64,000 nt of DNA from Planctomycetota bacterium (GCA_046343015.1 JBKDOL010000030.1:87619-151618), one strand, 5' to 3'; shown: positions 47,341 to 57,603, numbered from the stretch's first letter. The notes: a model not told the origin generated them from the sequence alone. A program made the numbers and translations.

Positions 47341-48687
47341 TCAGCCCGCTTTTCTGCGCACGACTGGCTCGGGCACCGCCGCCCCGTGCGGAGGAGCTCC
47401 CTCGACGCTGCGGATCACGCCCCAACTCCGCTCGTCACGCTCAAACTCGACCTCGTCGCTCAGCGGCTGCAGCCGTTTGCGACCAATCAAATCGACCCGC
47501 CCCGATCGGTCGACTCGGTAAACCAAATCGCTCCACCGCACGCGACTCTGCCACCTTGCGCCGACGTCAGCAGCGATCATCACTGCGGCATTGATCGGCC
47601 ATGCCCAACAATCCCAGCGTCTCGCGATTCGATTGAACCGCGAGTCCTCGGCATACTGTTTTCCCAGCTGCCCGCGCACGATCCCCGCCATCACATTCAA
47701 ACAATAAATCAGGACCGCTCCTGCCAACCAACCCCAGCGAATCCCGTCCGCACCAGCCAGCGATCCGAGCCCGCCGACCAGCAACCCCCAGAAGCCGAGC
47801 TGCAAGGCGACTGAAGCGACCCAGACCCAGCGACTGACAAGTGGCTTGCTCCCCTGAAACGAACGCCACCAGCGAACGAGCGTGCGGCGCAATCCTCGCG
47901 AATCGGTCTCGACCTGCCGCACGCCCACGCTTCGCGGCTCAAAGACAACGCGCTCACCGTTCAGGCACAGAGCCTGCTGCGCGGACCACCTTTCCGAGAA
48001 GGCCGTGGCCCATACCTGGGGCAAACCGACAGCCTCCAGCCGATCGACCCGCACCGCCCAGCTTCCCCACAACCCAGGCGCGTACTTCGCCCCGAACCAA
48101 CTCGCCAGCGAGTTGCTGATCGAACATTGCAGGTTGCTGTAGAACGACTCTTTTCTAGGTACCGACCAGACTGCTCCAGTGACCGCCGCCACTCCCGAGT
48201 CGTACAGCCGTCCGCAGAGCCAGCGCAACCACTGTCGCCGCACCAGCAAGTCGCTATCGAGAAAGGCGACCACTCGGGCGTTGCCTGGCAAATGCCGCAA
48301 AGCCGTGCGGAGCTGATGAACTTTCTGGCTGCAATGCTCTGCCGGCCCGGAGAAAATCAGCCCGATTCGCGTCAAGCGATGCTCCTGCATCAGATTGCGA
48401 ATCACCCGCACAGCGGTATCCTGTTCGTTTTCAACGACGAACAACACTTCGAAATTGGGATGTTCCTGTTCCAACAGCGCCTGGCAATGTCGGCGAAATC
48501 CCGGCCCCGCTCCGCGGCATGGAACGACCACGACGGCTTTCAGCTCCGGTGGGAGATCCGTCGGCAACTGGTCACGCCTGCGTCGGGCAAACCGCCGCGA
48601 TTCAATCACGTTGATCAAGTTCAGTCCCGCTGCAGCCAGGGACATGCCACCCAAGACCGGCAGGAGCCAATTGAGAATTTCAATCAT
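47341..48687 (-). CDS. membrane glycosyltransferase, GT2/GT21 (ceramide glucosyltransferase-like) family
   Basis: VVVPCRGAGPGF...HPNFEVLFVVENEQD...CSQKVHQL...VAFLDSDLLV...RTLVRWWRS ((Q/R)xxRW-like), flanked by TM helices. Start moved to ATG 48687 (MIEILNWLLPVLGGMSLAAAG). Confidence 0.78.
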   Translation of the reverse strand: MIEILNWLLPVLGGMSLAAAGLNLINVIESRRFARRRRDQLPTDLPPELKAVVVVPCRGAGPGFRRHCQALLEQEHPNFEVLFVVENEQDTAVRVIRNLMQEHRLTRIGLIFSGPAEHCSQKVHQLRTALRHLPGNARVVAFLDSDLLVRRQWLRWLCGRLYDSGVAAVTGAVWSVPRKESFYSNLQCSISNSLASWFGAKYAPGLWGSWAVRVDRLEAVGLPQVWATAFSERWSAQQALCLNGERVVFEPRSVGVRQVETDSRGLRRTLVRWWRSFQGSKPLVSRWVWVASVALQLGFWGLLVGGLGSLAGADGIRWGWLAGAVLIYCLNVMAGIVRGQLGKQYAEDSRFNRIARRWDCWAWPINAAVMIAADVGARWQSRVRWSDLVYRVDRSGRVDLIGRKRLQPLSDEVEFERDERSWGVIRSVEGAPPHGAAVPEPVVRRKAG

Positions 48688-49162
48688 GCCTGCAACTAAA
48701 CTTTCCTCACTGACTTGGTCGAACAAACCTGAGGGGCAATTTGGTTGAAGCGTAATGATTACTCCAACCCTGCCAACATCGAATCGAATTGGCCGGTAGA
48801 TTGAGAAATTTGCGGTCGTTCCCCCGATTTTGTCCAGCTTAAAACATGAGCAGTTTCGTCTTGGCAACCGATCGGCCATTTGTTAACTTACCCGCCGCCA
48901 AGACACTGCTGGCAGTTTGACTGATGGCTGATGCTGTCACTTGAAACCATCGCGGCATTCAGGCAGGAAGCCTGCAACCGACCGCTCTAAGACCACAGTA
49001 CCCGCGGTGAGACCGCTGCTGCCGATCCCCTCAGGTTCGGCGGGGAGCAGCCAACCCCGGAAATCGAGGCGACAACAGATTGAGGCGATGAAATCAGCGG
49101 TGAGTTGCCGTCCAGGTTACCCGAGAACTTAACTCGTATGGCAACCGGGCCCAGGCCGCAAA

Positions 49163-49198
49163 TCGAAAATGCTGGTCTGGTCGAAAATGCTGGTCTGG
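49163..49198. repeat. tandem direct repeat, 2 x 18 bp (tcgaaaatgctggtctgg), perfect
   Basis: Read directly; 65 bp upstream of rimI. Confidence 0.95.
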
Positions 49199-49262
49199 CA
49201 TGATCGACCCGGTTGATTCATCGCTTTTGACTCGACGACAAGTTAGCAAAGGATGCCACTGA

Positions 49263-49778
49263 ATGCCGTCAGGAAACGAACTGCTTAACGGAGCCCACAT
49301 CCGCTGGATGATTCGCCGCGACATGCCAGAGGTGCTGAACATCGAGGCCCAGAGCTTTGAGTTCCCCTGGTCGGAGGACGACTTTATCCGATGTCTCCGT
49401 CAACGAAACTGCATCGGAATGGTGGCTGAATGCGATGAGCAAGTTGTCGGGTTCATGATTTATGAGTTGAACCGCAACGTACTCCACGTGCTGAATTTTG
49501 CTGTCCGGTCGGACTTCCGCCGCCGCGGTCTCGGCACCCAGATGCTCGACAAACTCGTCGGCAAACTCTCCCAGCAAAGACGCACGCGAATCGACTTGGA
49601 GGTCCGCGAGTCGAATCTGGCCGCCCAGTTGTTTTTCCGCCGTTCCGGCTTTCGGGCAATCACCGTATTGCGGGACTTCTACGAAGATACCACTGAATCG
49701 GCCTATGTCATGAGCTACGCTCTCGACACCGAAGAAGTCCAGGAACCGGTCAATCGCATCAGCCGCATGGCGGGCTGA
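49263..49778 (+). CDS. rimI: GNAT acetyltransferase, RimI-like (ribosomal-protein-alanine N-acetyltransferase)
   Basis: IRRDMPEVLNIEAQSFEFPWSEDDF and acetyl-CoA motif RRRGLGTQMLDKL. The symbol is assigned from overall RimI-like layout only. Confidence 0.75.
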   Translation: MPSGNELLNGAHIRWMIRRDMPEVLNIEAQSFEFPWSEDDFIRCLRQRNCIGMVAECDEQVVGFMIYELNRNVLHVLNFAVRSDFRRRGLGTQMLDKLVGKLSQQRRTRIDLEVRESNLAAQLFFRRSGFRAITVLRDFYEDTTESAYVMSYALDTEEVQEPVNRISRMAG

Positions 49779-49844
49779 GTCTTTGCCACCTGTCGAGAGG
49801 CAGGCGCTGGGACAGGGCGGAGTTGGAACAGACTGAGAGGCCGG

Positions 49845-51074
49845 CTAACCTTTCAAGTTTGCCCGCAATCCCCCCGCACGCGCGATCAGGGAACGTTCGA
49901 CAGCGGCTTCCGAAAATCCTGTTGCCAACAGGGTCACGACTGGTTCGCCGCGGGCGATCACGTTGCCCATGGGTGGAATATCGGCGAGCCGTCCGGCCGC
50001 TCGCTCTCTTCGCAGCCACTCGCTCTGAGTCCGGTCGATCATCAGCGGCCGATCTTCCGGCCAAAACAAAACTGCTTTGCCGAATACAGTTGCGTTGCTC
50101 GAGCCGCTCGCTTCACAAGTTGCAGAGCTTCCGATCGACCCGGAGCAGAAAGGAGAAGTGGCGGCGCGCGCGACAGGCCAACCTGCCCCCTCTGCGAACT
50201 CGGTCGCTTGCAGTCCAACCAAACTGCCGCGCGGTGTTGCCATTTCCCACAACTCCCCGCTGGCCGTGATCCGCGGATTGATTTCGATCGGGCAAAGTTC
50301 ATCGCCGATCGCCATCAGATCGATACCGATGACGCCACGGCCACCGAGTTCCACCAGCCCTCGGCCAATCGTCTCCAACTGGTCGGCCTGACTGGCTGAA
50401 ATCGGCAAGGGGCCGATGGCTCCACAGTACTGATAATCCTTTGCCCCGAACTCGCGGCGACCGCAGAGCTGCCGAAAAAAGCCCAAGCAGCTTGCCTGTC
50501 CCCTGGTCAGGAAAAATAGCGCACTGGAGGCCAACCCGCGTTTCAGCTCCTGGAGAAATTCCGAACCGGCAGCGTTCCCCTCCTGAGCAATCCAATCGGC
50601 TACTGCTTTTGAATCGAGTAGCCGGACGCCCTGACCGCCAGAGCTGTCAGCGCGTTTCAGGAGCCATTGCTTTGCCGGATCCTGAGGTGGCGGTTCCTTC
50701 GATCGCTCGCCTCGACCGGCGGAACGATGCTGTGGCACGCGAATCCCCGCAGCGGCAAAAACAGCAGTCCATCGCTCGGGATCGCGCAGGGCGGCACAGG
50801 ACTCGGCGGAAAGATTCCACAACGGCGCCCGCTCGCGCAATGCGGCGACGAGGTTGGGCTGCGTTTCAAATCCCCCGCCAATCAGGATCGCGTCAGGGCG
50901 CAAGCCTTCGGCCGCTTCAGGAATCTCCGCCCAGCCTCCAACGCGGACGACTTCACCGGCTTCGGTCGCGTCGACATCGGCAAAAAAGTCGATCCCTGCC
51001 GACTGCATTCCCGTCCGCTGCGCACTTTGCAGGAGCCATCTCACAGACGGCCCCACGACGACCAATCGATTCAA
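49845..51074 (-). CDS. ATP-grasp superfamily protein (of the kind linked to H4MPT/C1 gene clusters)
   Basis: LLKRADSSGGQGVRLL, GVIGIDLM and IEINPRITAS are ATP-grasp-like. TTG start. Divergent from fae. Confidence 0.72.
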   Translation of the reverse strand: MNRLVVVGPSVRWLLQSAQRTGMQSAGIDFFADVDATEAGEVVRVGGWAEIPEAAEGLRPDAILIGGGFETQPNLVAALRERAPLWNLSAESCAALRDPERWTAVFAAAGIRVPQHRSAGRGERSKEPPPQDPAKQWLLKRADSSGGQGVRLLDSKAVADWIAQEGNAAGSEFLQELKRGLASSALFFLTRGQASCLGFFRQLCGRREFGAKDYQYCGAIGPLPISASQADQLETIGRGLVELGGRGVIGIDLMAIGDELCPIEINPRITASGELWEMATPRGSLVGLQATEFAEGAGWPVARAATSPFCSGSIGSSATCEASGSSNATVFGKAVLFWPEDRPLMIDRTQSEWLRRERAAGRLADIPPMGNVIARGEPVVTLLATGFSEAAVERSLIARAGGLRANLKG

Positions 51075-51110
51075 GCCTATCTCCCATCTGGTTGGCAGCC
51101 CGCCCTTGGT

Positions 51111-51125
51111 CTGCTAATTTAGCAG
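51111..51125. promoter_or_regulatory. palindrome CTGCTA-att-TAGCAG in the ATP-grasp/fae divergent region
   Basis: Perfect 6+6 inverted repeat, 47 bp upstream of the fae ATG. Confidence 0.3.
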
Positions 51126-51171
51126 CCTCACTCAACCGTTGTTTTCACCATTATTGAATCAGGAGATTTCC

Positions 51172-51669
51172 ATGTCGATGTTCATCGGCGAAGCCCTCGC
51201 GGGAGACGGAAACGAAATCGCTCATATCGACTTGCTAATCGGGAGCAAGTCCGGGCCCGTCGGCACGGCTTTTGCCAACGCCTTGGCCACCCAAAGCGAA
51301 GGACACACCAACCTGCTGGCCGTTTTGACCCCCAATCTCGCTGTCAAGCCAGCTACCGTGATGATCACCAAGGTCACCATCAAGGGGATGAAGCAGGCGG
51401 TTCAGATGTTCGGCCCGGCTCAGGCAGCCGTTGCCAAAGCGGTCGCCGACAGTGTCTCCGACGGGGTCATCCCGAAGAACCAGACCGAAGACCTCGTCAT
51501 CGTCTGCGGTGTGTTCATTCACCCCGCCGCCAGCGATGACAAGAAGATCTATCAGTACAATTACGACGCCACCAAGGCCGCCATCGTCAATGCGATGGGC
51601 AACAAGCCTTCCGTTGATGAAATGATCGCCGGCAAGGAAAAGGCAGTCCATCCGTTCCGCGGTTTCTAA
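51172..51669 (+). CDS. fae: formaldehyde-activating enzyme (5,6,7,8-tetrahydromethanopterin hydro-lyase)
   Basis: IGEALAGDGNEIAHIDLLIG, VQMFGPAQ, CGVFIH, YNYDATK and HPF are collinear with Methylobacterium Fae as I remember it. AGGAG SD before ATG 51172. Confidence 0.93.
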   Translation: MSMFIGEALAGDGNEIAHIDLLIGSKSGPVGTAFANALATQSEGHTNLLAVLTPNLAVKPATVMITKVTIKGMKQAVQMFGPAQAAVAKAVADSVSDGVIPKNQTEDLVIVCGVFIHPAASDDKKIYQYNYDATKAAIVNAMGNKPSVDEMIAGKEKAVHPFRGF

Positions 51670-51948
51670 GCATCCGCCGCCTCTGGCTTGGAGTTCCGAA
51701 GTCCGCTCGAGTTGGGCGATTCTTCTCGCATGAATTCTTCAGCCTGGAGCTGAAATGGAAAAACTTGGCTGGTTGTGGCCCCACGGTCGCAGCCAGCCTT
51801 TTTCATTCCCCACGCGGGGCTTCGGTTCTTCGGGAATCGGATCTCCCCGAGCGGAGCGGCCAGGCCCCCTCGCTGCACTTTTCGAACGGCCCGATCGCAA
51901 CCCCTTCCCCGTCATTCCTTCACACCTCCAGAGTGATTGCGCAAGCCC

Positions 51949-52824
51949 ATGAGCAAGCCTAAAGTATTGCTGCAACTGGATGTTGACCCGCAGGCCAGTT
52001 CCTTCGATGCCTTTGTCGCGATTGACGCTGGTGTCGAACATCTTCTGCAGTATCCCAACGTCAATCGGGAAAATGTCATTTCGCTTGTCCACGGAGCCAT
52101 CTTTACCCGGGGACCTGCCGACCTCAAAAACACCGCTCTGTTTTTCGGTGGCTCTGAAGCGAGCGCCGCAGAAAGCCTCTACCACATTGCCCGCCAGAGC
52201 TTCTTCGGGCCCTTGCGCGTCTCGGTGATGTGCGACCCGAACGGAGCGAATACAACCGCCGCCGCTGCGGTCCTCTCGATCGAGAAGCACCTGCCCCTGG
52301 CCGGAGTGAACCTCTGCGTGCTCGGTGGAACCGGACCGGTCGGTTCGCGCGTGGCCCGTATCGCCGCCAGCCAGGGGGCCGTGGTCCGCATCTGCTCGCG
52401 GTCGCTCGAGCGGGCCCGATCGACCGCCGAGGCGATTCTTGCGGCTTACCCCCAAGCCCGCGTCGAGTCCTTCGAATTCCTCGCGGAGGCCGATGTCGCC
52501 CGAGCCGCCGCTGGCTTCGATGTCCTTGTCGCCGCTGGTGCTGCCGGAGCCACCTTCACTCTCCCCGACTGGCTGGACCACGTCCCAGGCATCAAAGTTG
52601 CCATCGATTTGAATGCGGTCCCACCGGTCGGGTTGCTCGGGATCGAACCTCGCGATGAGGGCGCGATCCGCTCGGGTCTGATCTGCTATGGCGCCCTCGG
52701 TGTTGGCGGCCTGAAGATGAAAATCCACAAGGCTTGCCTCAAGCAGCTGTTCGAATCCAATGAACGCTGCTTTAACACTGCCGAAATCTTTGAGTTCGGC
52801 CGGTATCTCGTCAACAACGCCTGA
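51949..52824 (+). CDS. NAD(P)-dependent methylene-tetrahydromethanopterin dehydrogenase (MtdA/MtdB/MtdC family)
   Basis: FFGPLRVSVMCDPNGANTTAAAAV, VLGGTGPVGSRVA, YGALGVGGLKMKIHKACLKQLFES are collinear with M. extorquens MtdA as I remember it. ATG 51949. Confidence 0.9.
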   Translation: MSKPKVLLQLDVDPQASSFDAFVAIDAGVEHLLQYPNVNRENVISLVHGAIFTRGPADLKNTALFFGGSEASAAESLYHIARQSFFGPLRVSVMCDPNGANTTAAAAVLSIEKHLPLAGVNLCVLGGTGPVGSRVARIAASQGAVVRICSRSLERARSTAEAILAAYPQARVESFEFLAEADVARAAAGFDVLVAAGAAGATFTLPDWLDHVPGIKVAIDLNAVPPVGLLGIEPRDEGAIRSGLICYGALGVGGLKMKIHKACLKQLFESNERCFNTAEIFEFGRYLVNNA

Positions 52825-53046
52825 TCGAGCAGCGGAAAAACGGTCAGCCCGCGATTTTCCCCGCCTCTTCGCCCCATCCTCCCGTTCGGATTGGGGAAAC
52901 GCCCCCGGCATCCCCCTGCCCCGCCGACAGGTCTTGGGGGGAACTCCGCCCCAGCCGCGCCCGGGCCTGGGAGATCGGCGTTAAACTGAGAACCTGTCTT
53001 GCGCAGGCAATTCCTCTCTTCTCGGGTTTTCCTCAGGGCTACCAAC

Positions 53047-54801
53047 ATGCTCACTCGCCGTTCGCTGCTCGCCACCTTGGCTACCGCCGGTATCGGAACG
53101 CCGACTTTTCACCGCGCTCTGGTTCATGTCGCCGCAGGCCAAGCGCAAATCACGCCTGAGATGATCGCGCAAGCCTCGTGGATCAGCGGTATTACGCTGA
53201 CGCCGGATGAGCAGCAGAAGATTGCCCAAAAAGCGCAACTCAACTCCATCGCGCTCGATCAATTGCGCAAGTTTCCGCTGGACCACACGTTTCCACCAGC
53301 GACCCAGTTTCAAACGTGGGCCGCACCAGGAACGCCGCCCGCCACGCCGACCCGCGACGCGCACTATGCCAACCCAGCGGCACTCAATCGCCCCGCCTCG
53401 GATGAAGATCTCTGCTTCCTCCCCGTCTCGGAATTGTCCGAGCTGGTCAGGACGCGACAAATCACCAGCGTGGAATTGACGGAGCGTTACCTCGGTCGGC
53501 TGAAAAAGTACGATCCGCTGCTGCGCTGTGTCGTCAACCTGACCGAGGAACTCGCTCTTCGCCAAGCCACTCAAGCTGATCGCGAGATCGCCGCCGGGCA
53601 ATATCGCGGACCGCTCCATGGAATCCCCTGGGGCGCGAAAGACCTGATCGCCATTCCTGATTATCCAACCACTTGGGGGATTCCCGTGCATCGCGATCGC
53701 GTCCTCAATGAAACCGCCACGATTGCCGCCCGGTTGCAGTCCGCGGGAGCCGTGCTGATCGCGAAATTGTCGCTCGGAGCCATCGCGATGGGAGACCAAT
53801 GGTTCGGACAGATGACTCGCAATCCGTGGAATCCACGGAATGGGTCGAGTGGTTCGAGTGCTGGCTCTGCGGCCGCGACTGCCGCCGGTTGTGCCGGCTT
53901 TGCAATCGGCACCGAAACCTTGGGCAGCATCCTCTCTCCATCGATTCGCTGCGGCACCACCGGACTGCGACCGACTTTCGGCAGAGTCAGTCGACAGGGG
54001 TGCATGCCCCTCGCCTGGTCCATGGACAAAGTCGGACCGATCTGCCGCAGCGTGGAAGATTGCGCCGTCGTTTTCGGGGCGATTCATGGTGCCGATGGGC
54101 ACGATCCGACGGCCGTCGACCGCCCCTTCCACTGGCCTGCTCAGGTTGATTTGAGACACATCCGGATTGGAGTGCTCCGCCGTGATAATCAGGACGAACT
54201 CCGCGAAGAAGAGCGGATTCTCAAGGACCTCGGATGCCAACTCGTCCCCATCGAGCTGCCTAAAGACTATCCCCTGCGGGCCCTGACACAGGCGATTGAC
54301 ATCGAAGCCGCCGAGATCTTTCAAGACCTGCTCTTCGCCGGGAAAACGGAACACTGGAACGACTGGACCGATATTTTCCGCGCGGCCCACTACGTCTCCG
54401 CGATCGACTACCTCAAATTGATGCGGGTCCGCCGCAAGCTGATGGCGGAAATGGAAAACCTGATGAAACAGGTTGACGTCCTGTTCAACTGCAATGACCT
54501 TCTGCACACCAACCTCAGCGGACACCCCTCGATTGTCCTGCCGTGGAAAATTGCCCAGCGGTCGGAGTCCCAACGGCCCGTTCCCGCAACGTTCACGGGG
54601 CATCTCTTTGACGAAGCGAGACTTTGCGCCGTCGCTCACGCCTTTCAACTTCAAGTCCAAGGCCACCTCCAGCGCCCACCTCTCGACGCGTTTCTGGCCC
54701 AATTCGAAGCCGGTACGCTGGACGCCAAACCGGAGTCCGCAGCTCCGGCTGACGGTGGAACCGCTCCCACCCCGGCCGCCCCGGGGAAACAGGGCGGCTA
54801 A
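53047..54801 (+). CDS. amidase-signature family amidase with twin-arginine (Tat) signal peptide
   Basis: MLTRRSLLATLATAGIGTPTF (Tat motif), GAKDLIAI (catalytic Lys context) and NGSSGSSAGSAAATAAG (Gly/Ser-rich AS signature). Confidence 0.88.
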   Translation: MLTRRSLLATLATAGIGTPTFHRALVHVAAGQAQITPEMIAQASWISGITLTPDEQQKIAQKAQLNSIALDQLRKFPLDHTFPPATQFQTWAAPGTPPATPTRDAHYANPAALNRPASDEDLCFLPVSELSELVRTRQITSVELTERYLGRLKKYDPLLRCVVNLTEELALRQATQADREIAAGQYRGPLHGIPWGAKDLIAIPDYPTTWGIPVHRDRVLNETATIAARLQSAGAVLIAKLSLGAIAMGDQWFGQMTRNPWNPRNGSSGSSAGSAAATAAGCAGFAIGTETLGSILSPSIRCGTTGLRPTFGRVSRQGCMPLAWSMDKVGPICRSVEDCAVVFGAIHGADGHDPTAVDRPFHWPAQVDLRHIRIGVLRRDNQDELREEERILKDLGCQLVPIELPKDYPLRALTQAIDIEAAEIFQDLLFAGKTEHWNDWTDIFRAAHYVSAIDYLKLMRVRRKLMAEMENLMKQVDVLFNCNDLLHTNLSGHPSIVLPWKIAQRSESQRPVPATFTGHLFDEARLCAVAHAFQLQVQGHLQRPPLDAFLAQFEAGTLDAKPESAAPADGGTAPTPAAPGKQGG

Positions 54802-55027
54802 GCCGCTCGCGAGCCTTCGCCAGCCCGCCCCTGCTTGAGCCTGAGCAACCTGCGCCAGCGAGCGTTCGGCTGCCACAACCTGGCATAGTAAGGCAATTAA
54901 TTTTCCGCTAACATCGATCGCGCGGAAACGCGGCTGGCCTGCACACGGACCCTAGACTCTGCCGGGCCCCTCCCATCCGCGGCCTGCCGTTCATCGCACG
55001 CTCGAACCAAAGTCCGACTGGCGGTGT

Positions 55028-55053
55028 AGCTTTGCCGTGCAGCTTTGCCGTGC
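55028..55053. repeat. tandem direct repeat, 2 x 13 bp (agctttgccgtgc), perfect
   Basis: Read directly; 69 bp upstream of the dehydrogenase ATG at 55122. Confidence 0.93.
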
Positions 55054-55121
55054 AGGCGGCCCTGATTCCAGCTGGGCTCGGCGGGCTCTCCCCAACAATC
55101 AGTCACTCGAGATCGAACCCC

Positions 55122-56285
55122 ATGACATCGACGACCGCCACCACTCCCGAAGCAACCTTTCAACTCGACCCGGCGTTCAACTTCGGCGACGACTTTGGTC
55201 CCGAGAAGATCGTCTACATTTACGAGCCGCGTTGTGGCTTGCGCGGGATTGTTGTGATCGACAACAGCAGCATCGGCCCGGCGATCGGAGGTATCCGGAT
55301 GACTCCGACCGTAAACACGCAGGAAGTTTTCCGCCTCGCACGAGCGATGACGTGGAAAAACGCCCTGGCCGGGATTCCCCACGGCGGTGGCAAGTCGGGG
55401 ATCATCGCGGACCCCAGAACCCTCACTCCCGAGCGAAAAGAGACGCTGATTCGGCAGTTCGCCCGCGGAATCGAAGCCTTGAACCAGTACATTCCGGGCC
55501 CCGACATGGGCACGGACGAGACGGCCATGGCCTGGGTGCGGGACGAGATCCGTCGCTCGGTCGGGCTCAGTTCCGTGCTGGGTGGAATTCCCCTCGACCA
55601 GGTCGGAGCCACCGGTTTTGGACTCGCTGTCTGCGCGGAAGTCGCCCAGCATTTTGCCGGTATCAACCTTCAGGGTGCCAAAGTCAGCATTCAGGGGTTT
55701 GGCAACGTCGGTCGCCACGCCGCCTCGTATCTCTCTCATCCCAAGCGCGGGGCGGTGGTCGTCGCAGCCACGGACCTCCCCGGTACCGTCTACAACCCGG
55801 ATGGGCTGGACGTGGAGAAGTTGGTCAGCTTGGTCAAAGCAGGCCGGCCGATAACGGAGTACAACGAAAAGGGCACCAAGATACTGCCCCGCGATGAGTT
55901 CGTTAAAATTCCCGTCGATATCTTTGTACCGGCCGCCCAGGCCGACGTGATCACCGAAGCGAACGCCCCGCTGCTGAACTGCAAGCTGATGCTCCAGGGA
56001 GCCAACATCCCCTGCACGGATGTCGCTGAAAAAATCCTCCACGAACGGGGCGTCATTTGCGTCCCCGACTTCGTTGCCAATGCTGGCGGCGTGATTTGCG
56101 GCAGCGTTGAATACCACGGCGGCACCAAGTCGACCGCCTTCCAGGAAATTGAGGAAAAACTCAAGGAAAACACCTCTGCGGTGCTCGAGCACGCCCGGCG
56201 AACCAAGGCCACTCCTCGCGCCGCCGCACTCGATTTGGCCAAAGAACGCGTCCGCGAGGCGATGAGCTATCGGCGGGCCAACTAG
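55122..56285 (+). CDS. Glu/Leu/Phe/Val dehydrogenase family protein (glutamate dehydrogenase-like)
   Basis: GGIRMTPTV, HGGGKSGI (catalytic Lys) and IQGFGNVG (Rossmann). Start moved to ATG 55122. Confidence 0.88.
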   Translation: MTSTTATTPEATFQLDPAFNFGDDFGPEKIVYIYEPRCGLRGIVVIDNSSIGPAIGGIRMTPTVNTQEVFRLARAMTWKNALAGIPHGGGKSGIIADPRTLTPERKETLIRQFARGIEALNQYIPGPDMGTDETAMAWVRDEIRRSVGLSSVLGGIPLDQVGATGFGLAVCAEVAQHFAGINLQGAKVSIQGFGNVGRHAASYLSHPKRGAVVVAATDLPGTVYNPDGLDVEKLVSLVKAGRPITEYNEKGTKILPRDEFVKIPVDIFVPAAQADVITEANAPLLNCKLMLQGANIPCTDVAEKILHERGVICVPDFVANAGGVICGSVEYHGGTKSTAFQEIEEKLKENTSAVLEHARRTKATPRAAALDLAKERVREAMSYRRAN

Positions 56286-56564
56286 CGCGGCTCGCAACCG
56301 GCAATTGACGGGTATCGTCGGGAGTGAGCAGCCGTCCCCTCCCGCCAGAAAAGCCTCGTCACTGCGGTCTTTTCCGGGAGCCGAGCGGCCTTACTTCGCG
56401 ACCTTATGTCAGATTCCGGCCCGTACACGCGGTCGATAGGAAGCTGAGATGCTGTAGCGACTCGTCGGCAGTCTGCTGGCAATCCCTTACTGCCGGTTCA
56501 TCTTGAGTTGGTTCCTTGCCCCATTCGGCAAAGCAGCCAACTGACGAGAGTCCTGACCGCAAAT

Positions 56565-57242
56565 TTACAAGAGGCGACTCAGGTCGAGTTCACGCAGCGT
56601 CCCTACGGCAAAGTCCGGGCGATGGACTTTCAGGTCCTCCAATGGCGTCGATCCGGTCGCCACGGCGACCACTCGCGCACCAATCGCCCGAGCACAGCTA
56701 ATATCAGCCGGAGTGTCTCCAATGACCACCACCTGCTCGGGCTGAAAATCGGGGCCGAGGCTGGCCAAGGCAGCTTGCCGCGCATCTCGCGCAACATCAT
56801 CCCGCCGCAGATGATGATCCCCGTACCCGCCATAATCAAAGTAGTGGGCGACGTCGTAGGCGGCCAGCTTCAGCCCCGCAGCCTCCCTCGAATTACCCGT
56901 CAACAGGCCGAGCGAGAACCGCGCGTCCCCGCGCATCTCCTGCAGTAACTCCGGCACCCCGGGAAGGAGACTGCCCCGATTAGTCCGCAGACTCTCCGCC
57001 AGCTGCACGTGATAATGCCTTCGGAAGTCGTGGAAATGGCGGTCAAATGGCAAGTCCAGCCGCGCAAACAAGTCCTGCACGATCGCAAAATCAGTCCGCC
57101 CGTGGTACTCCAGTTCGGGATACTCCGTAACGCCAAACAATCGCTGCACGGTCACCCGCAGGGCGTGGATTCCCGCGCCCCCGGTTAACATCAGCGTCCC
57201 GTCGATATCCCAAAGCACCGTCAACTTCTTGTCGGTCGCCAT
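56565..57242 (-). CDS. HAD-superfamily hydrolase (phosphoglycolate phosphatase-like)
   Basis: Motif I WDIDGTL, motif II LLTGNS, motif III/IV VVIGDTPADISCA. Confidence 0.85.
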   Translation of the reverse strand: MATDKKLTVLWDIDGTLMLTGGAGIHALRVTVQRLFGVTEYPELEYHGRTDFAIVQDLFARLDLPFDRHFHDFRRHYHVQLAESLRTNRGSLLPGVPELLQEMRGDARFSLGLLTGNSREAAGLKLAAYDVAHYFDYGGYGDHHLRRDDVARDARQAALASLGPDFQPEQVVVIGDTPADISCARAIGARVVAVATGSTPLEDLKVHRPDFAVGTLRELDLSRLL

Positions 57243-57307
57243 CTCACGTTCTCTCCCATGTGCGTCCAGTGCCCCGACTCGAACGATTCAATCACCAACT
57301 CGTTACC

Positions 57308-57352
57308 AGTCAAACCAACCTGAGTCAGGCCAACCCGAGTCAAGCCAACCTG
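57308..57352. repeat. tandem direct repeat, 3 x 15 bp (agtcaaaccaacctg / agtcaggccaacccg / agtcaagccaacctg)
   Basis: Read directly; upstream of the HAD hydrolase gene. Confidence 0.88.
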
Positions 57353-57453
57353 GAGACTGCCCCGGGAACCACCCTCCGCAGCCCCTCAGGCGTAGACTAC
57401 TTCGCCGCCCCTCACTGCTCCGGACCGGATGACCCTATCAGCCTGCCCGACCC

Positions 57454-57491
57454 AAAAAAAAGCGGTCGTTTCAATTTCTGAAACGACCGCT
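57454..57491 (-). terminator. intrinsic terminator of hppA
   Basis: Perfect 13-bp stem (agcggtcgtttca 57461-57473 / tgaaacgaccgct 57479-57491) with a 5-nt loop. On the minus strand it is followed by eight T (57461-57454). Confidence 0.85.
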
Positions 57492-57518
57492 TCCAATTTT
57501 AGCAAGTTCCGTCTCCCC

Positions 57519-57584
57519 CGCAGCGAGCATCGCTTCACAACGCAGCGAGCATCGCTTCACAACGCGGCGAGCATCGCTTGGCGG
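57519..57584. repeat. tandem direct repeat, 3 x 22 bp (cgcagcgagcatcgcttcacaa), third unit diverged
   Basis: 57519-57540 is identical to 57541-57562; 57563-57584 is cgcggcgagcatcgcttggcgg. Lies between the hppA stop (57604) and its terminator. Confidence 0.93.
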
Positions 57585-57603
57585 CGGGAAGACCAGACGC
57601 GAA

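Noticed and set aside
51739-56297. Three long minus-strand ORFs (51739..52911, 52981..54876, 54897..56297)
   Set aside because: They are antisense to the mtd, amidase and dehydrogenase genes, each of which has clear family motifs. The antisense translations have none.
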